Part shown: in pieces, positions 16,031-16,130 of the stretch
How positions within the stretch are numbered: the first letter of the stretch is position 1
How the letters are laid out: every line of letters starts with the position of its first letter
NCBI GenBank assembly: GCA_048885925.1
Contig: JBHLLG010000061.1
Span: 1-16,130 of the forward strand
Source: Candidatus Hermodarchaeota archaeon
GTDB lineage: Archaea > Asgardarchaeota > Lokiarchaeia > Sigyniarchaeales > SOKP01
Length of the DNA: 16,130 nt
Direction: 5' to 3'
The notes under the pieces: model-generated
The model's input: only the letters and a program-made list of their open reading frames with translations
What the model was told of the DNA's origin: nothing
Database searches by the model: none
Made by a program: the position numbers and the translations under genes

Positions 16031-16130
16031 TTGGTATTTTTTGTTTTAAGACAGATTGGATCTGTTTATAATAAGATAAATAGAAAAGGTGAAGCAATTG
16101 ATATCATGGAGGAAGCCCTCGCTATTTATA
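16031..16130 (+). CDS. 5' part of a TPR-repeat protein (runs off the window)
   Basis: TTG 16031 reads MVFFVLRQIGSVYNKINRKGEAIDIMEEALAIY, fitting the TPR consensus LxxIGxVYxxxxxxxEAxxxxEEALxI. Confidence 0.65.
   Translation, partial: MVFFVLRQIGSVYNKINRKGEAIDIMEEALAIY

Overview
AT-rich archaeal chromosomal window. It has BRE/TATA-like promoters, GGTGA-type Shine-Dalgarno motifs and many TTG starts. The protein repertoire (tandem Lrp/AsnC regulator, DUF169, an acidic FPFPFIFKPP tail) suggests Lokiarchaeia/Asgard; this is inference, not a database result. Contents: three cell-surface repeat proteins (beta-helix plus propeller, LVIVD propeller, triplicated beta-helix), a CruF-like/Yip1-like membrane gene pair, a double Lrp regulator, two flavodoxin-fold genes, a metallophosphoesterase, an NYN nuclease, DUF169 and a bacterial-type GapN. 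No rRNA, tRNA, CRISPR array or transposase was found. Signals missing from the ORF track: a 52-aa ORF joined to the CruF-like gene across a prfB-like +1 junction (AGGAGG-AGG-GCT-TGA), a 53-aa four-Cys microprotein upstream of gapN, a radical-SAM/alpha-beta-hydrolase chimeric pseudogene (deletion scar), a perfect 15-bp inverted repeat before the NYN gene, and a possible ATT start codon. I cannot demonstrate a complete new system from sequence alone; these are candidate leads.
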